Program-made: the position numbers and the translations under genes
Assembly (NCBI GenBank): GCA_965226375.1
Contig: CBDDCX010000008.1
Location: forward strand, 640,001-704,000
DNA length: 64,000 nucleotides
Direction of reading: 5' to 3'
From: Longimicrobiales bacterium
Lineage (GTDB): Bacteria > Gemmatimonadota > Gemmatimonadetes > Longimicrobiales > Gaopeijiaceae
The notes under the pieces: model-generated
Told to the model about the DNA's origin: nothing
Seen by the model: the letters and a program-made list of their open reading frames with translations, nothing else
The model's database searches: none
Shown here: one piece after another, positions 60,415 through 64,000 of the stretch
Numbering within the stretch: the stretch's first letter is position 1
Layout: each line of letters begins with the position of its first letter

Positions 60415-60774
60415 GCGTTTCTTCGACAGGGCCTTCAGCGACCCGCTATGCGCCGCCTTGCGCCACGTCGTCAGGTGCGACGAGTACAGGCCCTCTCGCC
60501 GCAGGACTTGACCCACCTCGCCGGGCTCGGTGCACCGGTCCGCTTCTTCGACGATCCGCAGCTTGTACGACGGACTGAACCGCCGCCGTAGCGGCCTATC
60601 TACTACCTCCGGGTCCGCAGGAGCTGCCGCGCTTCGCTTGGCCTCCCCGGTTCCAGGGGCACTACCATTCTCTGCCATTCTCTCTCGCAGTCCCAAAATG
60701 TTCGTTTTCTCTGCCTTCGCCCTACTCTAATTCTTTGCGTGCTCCGTGTCTCACGTACGTTGGCAGAGAGGGGT
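60409..60774 (-). mobile_element. Left end of an IS3-like insertion sequence: terminal IR plus truncated orfA HTH
   Basis: DPEV...RRRFSPSYKLRIVEEADRCTEPGEVGQVLRREGLYSSHLTTWRK; end motif TGCCAACGTACGTGAGACA (minus strand, 60765-60747). Confidence 0.8.
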
Positions 60775-60775
60775 G

Positions 60776-60862
60776 AGCCTCAAAACCGCCTACCAGCAAG
60801 CAGACGCCGAGACTATGTTACGCGTCGTGTTGGAGGCGGGTGAACTCCGGGAAGTCCGTTGA
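60776..60862 (+). pseudogene. Probable C-terminal remnant of a tyrosine integrase
   Basis: SLKTAYQQADAETMLRVVLEAGELREVR*; resembles integrase tails by recall; lies next to a tRNA and tandem arm-like repeats. Confidence 0.55.
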
Positions 60863-60870
60863 CTAGGCCG

Positions 60871-60894
60871 AACGTGCACACCAACGTGCACACC
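60871..60894. repeat. Tandem 12-bp direct repeat AACGTGCACACC x2 (possible integrase arm-type sites)
   Basis: Exact tandem between the integrase remnant and tRNA-Thr. Confidence 0.7.
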
Positions 60895-60957
60895 CGCCCG
60901 TTCCGTCAAAACGGAAGAAGCCAGAAATGGCTTAGCAAAAGGAAGAAAGTACGTCTC

Positions 60958-61030
60958 GCTGGCGTAGCTCAGTTGGTAGAGCAGCTGCCTTGTAAGCAGC
61001 AGGTCATCGGTTCGAGTCCGATCGCCAGCT
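60958..61030 (+). tRNA. tRNA-Thr (anticodon UGU), CCA not encoded
   Basis: GCTGGCG/CGCCAGC acceptor stem, AGCTCAGTTGGTAGAGC D-arm, GCTGC-CTTGTAA-GCAGC anticodon arm, GGTTCGAGTCC. Confidence 0.97.
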
Positions 61031-61232
61031 TGTGGTAATGGATGATCCGGTAGGCGTTTAGCCGCTGCCGTGGATCCGTCCCGCGAGCCCCCCCAGAACA
61101 CATTGCATCCCGATTGCAGGGGCTTCTGCTTGCGCCTACTGGATCGCTCTCGGATGTTGACCGCAGTCTGATCCCGGAGTACGGGTCGTTGCTATGGCCC
61201 TGGGATTCATCTTTCGGACAGGGAGGTGAGAG

Positions 61233-61859
61233 ATGTCGCTCCGACGACATGCTCGTGCTCTCATGCTGCTCGGCCAACTGGCCGCCGTCCCACTCGCGGG
61301 CCAGGTGCGATCCTCGTCTTCCGTCGATTTGCCGGAACTTACGGCTACAACCGAGGCAATGGCGGCCAGGGTCGTAGACCTCACGCAGCAACTGCAACAA
61401 TTTTTGGAGTTGCGCAGGGAGATCGCTACGAGTCGCCCAATCCATCCAGGCGAGAAGGCCTCGGACGATGAGTTGGCGGCCCTCCGGGAGGCCTACGACA
61501 CCTGGCGGTCGCGACTTGTACGTGTCGCTGAACGCATCGCGGATGTACGAGAGCGCCTGTCGCAGGCCGAGGGTGAAATGTACGAACTCTCGGCGAGGCT
61601 CGGATCTACTACGGCTCGAGACGCAAAACAGCAGGAGTACGTGGACGCGCTCAGTGCGTACACTTCTGAGCTCCAACAGAGTGCGAGCGCCCTGCTTCTG
61701 GAATTGGATCTCGCAACCGGGGCCTCGACTCCCGCCGCCGATGCATCCTCTGCAGGAGCTGGGGCCATCTCGGATGAGCTGCAGGAAGCCCTCAAAGGCC
61801 TGATGGTAACAGCAGCCCAGCCGCCGTCCGGAGTAGGGGGGCCGGGCGGACGCCGTTGA
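61233..61859 (+). CDS. Hypothetical secreted coiled-coil protein
   Basis: GGAGGTG RBS, signal peptide ending PLAG, helical heptad-like composition. Confidence 0.7.
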   Translation: MSLRRHARALMLLGQLAAVPLAGQVRSSSSVDLPELTATTEAMAARVVDLTQQLQQFLELRREIATSRPIHPGEKASDDELAALREAYDTWRSRLVRVAERIADVRERLSQAEGEMYELSARLGSTTARDAKQQEYVDALSAYTSELQQSASALLLELDLATGASTPAADASSAGAGAISDELQEALKGLMVTAAQPPSGVGGPGGRR

Positions 61860-62076
61860 CCTCGCGGTGACCCGTCTAAGCTACGAGAGCTTTCTGGCCT
61901 ACCCTGGATGTCCCTGATGCGGTGTCGGGATATCCCAACCTTTGGCATCCCCAGTCCTCCATACCACTAGCTGGAGTCTGATAATCTCCGGGCCCCCAGA
62001 CGGCTTCTGCTTGCGCTTCCCGACCTGCGGATAGGATGTTGAGCGGGTCTGATCCTCCGATGCTGAGGAACGAGCT

Positions 62077-62142
62077 ATGTCCGATTCAGTCTCCCGCCTG
62101 AATGCCGCACTAGAAGGTCGCTACGCCAGGCGGCCAAACTGA
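62077..62142 (+). pseudogene. Kinase-TolB relic K4 (21-aa mini-ORF)
   Basis: MSDSVSRLNAALEGRYA-RRPN*, after a GAGGAA RBS. Confidence 0.8.
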
Positions 62143-62362
62143 GGACGAAGGAGCAGCGCATGAGACTCTCCAGCCAATGGGGCGTATCGGTCACTAATAC
62201 CCGTGCGGGGACCCGTTCACCAGAGGCGTTGGCGCATGGCTCCTAACCTCCGCGCCTCCTTGCCGCCCTGGGACGTGACACGCATAATCGATTACGCGAC
62301 GGCCCTTGGGCCATGAGGCCCTCCGCCTGCTTCGGCCGCCGCGTCAGGAGGAGGGTGAATTT

Positions 62363-62590
62363 ATGCCCACGGCGACCACGCGATTCACGAATGAGAAGGC
62401 CCCTTGCGGTCAGGTCGGAGACGGAGAGCGCTTCCGTGATTGGGACGACGAGTGCGTGCTCAGAGACGACTTGTTCTTCGACTGCGGCTGCCGGATTATC
62501 CGCCACGAGTATCACGACGGAAGCGTTTCCCGCAGTGTGGTCCGCCACGACGGTACAGTCCTGGAAGACGAGCTCATTGGCGCGCAATAA
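62363..62590 (+). CDS. Small Cys/His-rich hypothetical protein upstream of frdA/sdhA
   Basis: AGGAGGAGG RBS; APCG...CGC...HEYHDG...RHDG. Confidence 0.7.
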   Translation: MPTATTRFTNEKAPCGQVGDGERFRDWDDECVLRDDLFFDCGCRIIRHEYHDGSVSRSVVRHDGTVLEDELIGAQ

Positions 62591-62611
62591 GGCTCGATTC
62601 CGGGTCGCGTC

Positions 62612-64000
62612 GTGATCGCCTCTCATGACGTAGTACTGGTGGGGGGCGGCGGAGCGGGATTGCGAGCGGCCATCGCCATCGCGGAAACCAACCCAAACCT
62701 CAGCATCGCCGTCGTCTCCAAGGTTTATCCCATGCGCAGCCACACGGTGTCGGCGGAGGGGGGAGCTGCGGGGGTAGTGGCCGCGGACGACTCCCTCGAC
62801 GAGCACGCCTACGACACCATCTCCGGTGGCGATTGGATGTGCGATCAAGACGCCGTCGAAGCGTTCGTGAGAGAGGCGCCCGACGAGCTGCTCCGGTTGG
62901 AGCACTGGGGTTGTCCCTGGAGCCGCACGCCCGAGGGCACAGTTGCCGTGCGTCCGTTCGGCGGCATGAAGAACAAACGAACGTGGTACGCGGCCGACAA
63001 GACCGGCTTCCACATGCTCCACACGCTGTTCCAAACCTCACTCAAATACACGAGCGTCGTACGCTACGACGAGTGGTTCGTGACGAAGCTCCTGGTCGAT
63101 GATGGCCGGGTCCAAGGCGTCGTGGTGCTGGAGCTGATGTCTGGAAGGGTCGAGCCGATTCTGGCTAAGGCCGTCATTCTGTGCACGGGCGGGTGCGGCC
63201 GCGTGTTTCCGTTCACCACCAACGCGAGCATCAAGACCGGCGACGGCATGGCGTTGGCCTACACGGCCGGCGCCCCGCTAAAGGACATGGAGTTCGTCCA
63301 GTATCACCCGACGGGTCTCCCGTTCACCGGCATCCTGATCACCGAGGCCTCGCGGGCCGAGGGAGGCTGGCTGCTCAACAAAGACGGCTACCGCTACCTG
63401 CAGGACTACAACCTGGGCACACCGGAGCCGAAGCCGGTTCTAAAAAGCATGGAGTTGGGACCTCGGGACCGTCTGTCCCAAGCCTTCGTCAAAGAGGTGG
63501 AGAAGGGGCGGGCCGTCGACGGCCCCTACGGCGCGGTGGTCCACCTCGACCTGCGGCATTTGGGTAAGAAGGTCATCGACACGAAGATCCCGTTCGTGCG
63601 GGAGCTGTGTCGGAAATACCAGAATATCGATCCGGTCACGGAGTTGATTCCGGTGCGGCCGGTCATCCATTACATGATGGGGGGGGTCCACACCGACATC
63701 GAGGGTGCCACCCCTCTGGCCGGGCTGTACGCGGCCGGTGAGGTTGCGTGCGTGAACATCAACGGCGCAAACCGCCTGGGGTCCAACTCCCTGACGGAGC
63801 TGCTCGTGTTCGGCGCGCGCGCCGGCCGTGCAGCGGCGGAGTATGCGTCCACCCGGACAGATCCGAGCTCCATCCTTCTGGCGCAGGCAGAGGACGAAAA
63901 ACGGCGTTTGGAGCGTGACTTCCTGCACAAGACGGATGGCACGGAACGCTCCGCGACGATTCGCGAGGAGATGCAGGAGACCATGGAGCAGGCCGCGGGC
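62612..64000 (+). CDS. frdA: Fumarate reductase/succinate dehydrogenase flavoprotein (runs off the window end)
   Basis: [32 protein letters not shown] (FAD-His), [26 protein letters not shown]; open to the end. Confidence 0.9.
   Translation, partial: MIASHDVVLVGGGGAGLRAAIAIAETNPNLSIAVVSKVYPMRSHTVSAEGGAAGVVAADDSLDEHAYDTISGGDWMCDQDAVEAFVREAPDELLRLEHWGCPWSRTPEGTVAVRPFGGMKNKRTWYAADKTGFHMLHTLFQTSLKYTSVVRYDEWFVTKLLVDDGRVQGVVVLELMSGRVEPILAKAVILCTGGCGRVFPFTTNASIKTGDGMALAYTAGAPLKDMEFVQYHPTGLPFTGILITEASRAEGGWLLNKDGYRYLQDYNLGTPEPKPVLKSMELGPRDRLSQAFVKEVEKGRAVDGPYGAVVHLDLRHLGKKVIDTKIPFVRELCRKYQNIDPVTELIPVRPVIHYMMGGVHTDIEGATPLAGLYAAGEVACVNINGANRLGSNSLTELLVFGARAGRAAAEYASTRTDPSSILLAQAEDEKRRLERDFLHKTDGTERSATIREEMQETMEQAAG

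Noticed and set aside
51162..62142. Diversity-generating retroelement or classical integron explaining the relic array
   Set aside because: No reverse transcriptase, no adenine-specific repeat pair, no intI or recognisable attC sites

Overview
GC-rich bacterial chromosomal segment, most likely Gemmatimonadota (inferred from the MSDPxxRLNAALxGRY...KVLKPELAAVVGAERFLAEI Ser/Thr kinase family, NHL lipoproteins and MacB-type permeases). (1) 0.1-7.5 kb is a core proteostasis block: clpX, clpP, tig, tRNA-Leu(UAG), a DegP-like protease and a stand-alone dnaK with a sigma54-like promoter. (2) 7.7-46.3 kb is a large catabolic region with no regulator gene and an unidentified amino/imino-acid substrate. 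It holds two opine/hydroxyproline-dehydrogenase-like sets, two DapA-family lyases, a divergent GcvPA/PB pair with an AcoX-like gene but no gcvT/H, a LysA-like decarboxylase, SDRs, an OYE, amidohydrolases, two ABC importers, an MFS, an aminotransferase and a CoA-transferase. A 3.6 kb islet bounded by a 58-bp direct repeat interrupts it. (3) 46.3-51.1 kb is housekeeping: nupC, PNP, thiD, TrmH, pilD. (4) 51.1-62.2 kb is a plasticity zone around tRNA-Thr(UGU). Four internally deleted relics of one kinase-TolB gene family, each keeping its promoter and 5' end (three also keep a clear 3' end), alternate with cargo: DUF222-HNH, an NTase pair, VapBC, a sorbosone dehydrogenase and a secreted protein. 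Two cargo genes sit between duplicated kinase promoters. IS and integrase remnants are also present. (5) The window ends in an frdA/sdhA-type gene. The kinase-relic/cargo array and the non-canonical GcvP catabolic operon are the best candidates for undescribed systems. All calls come from reading the sequence; no database searches were run.
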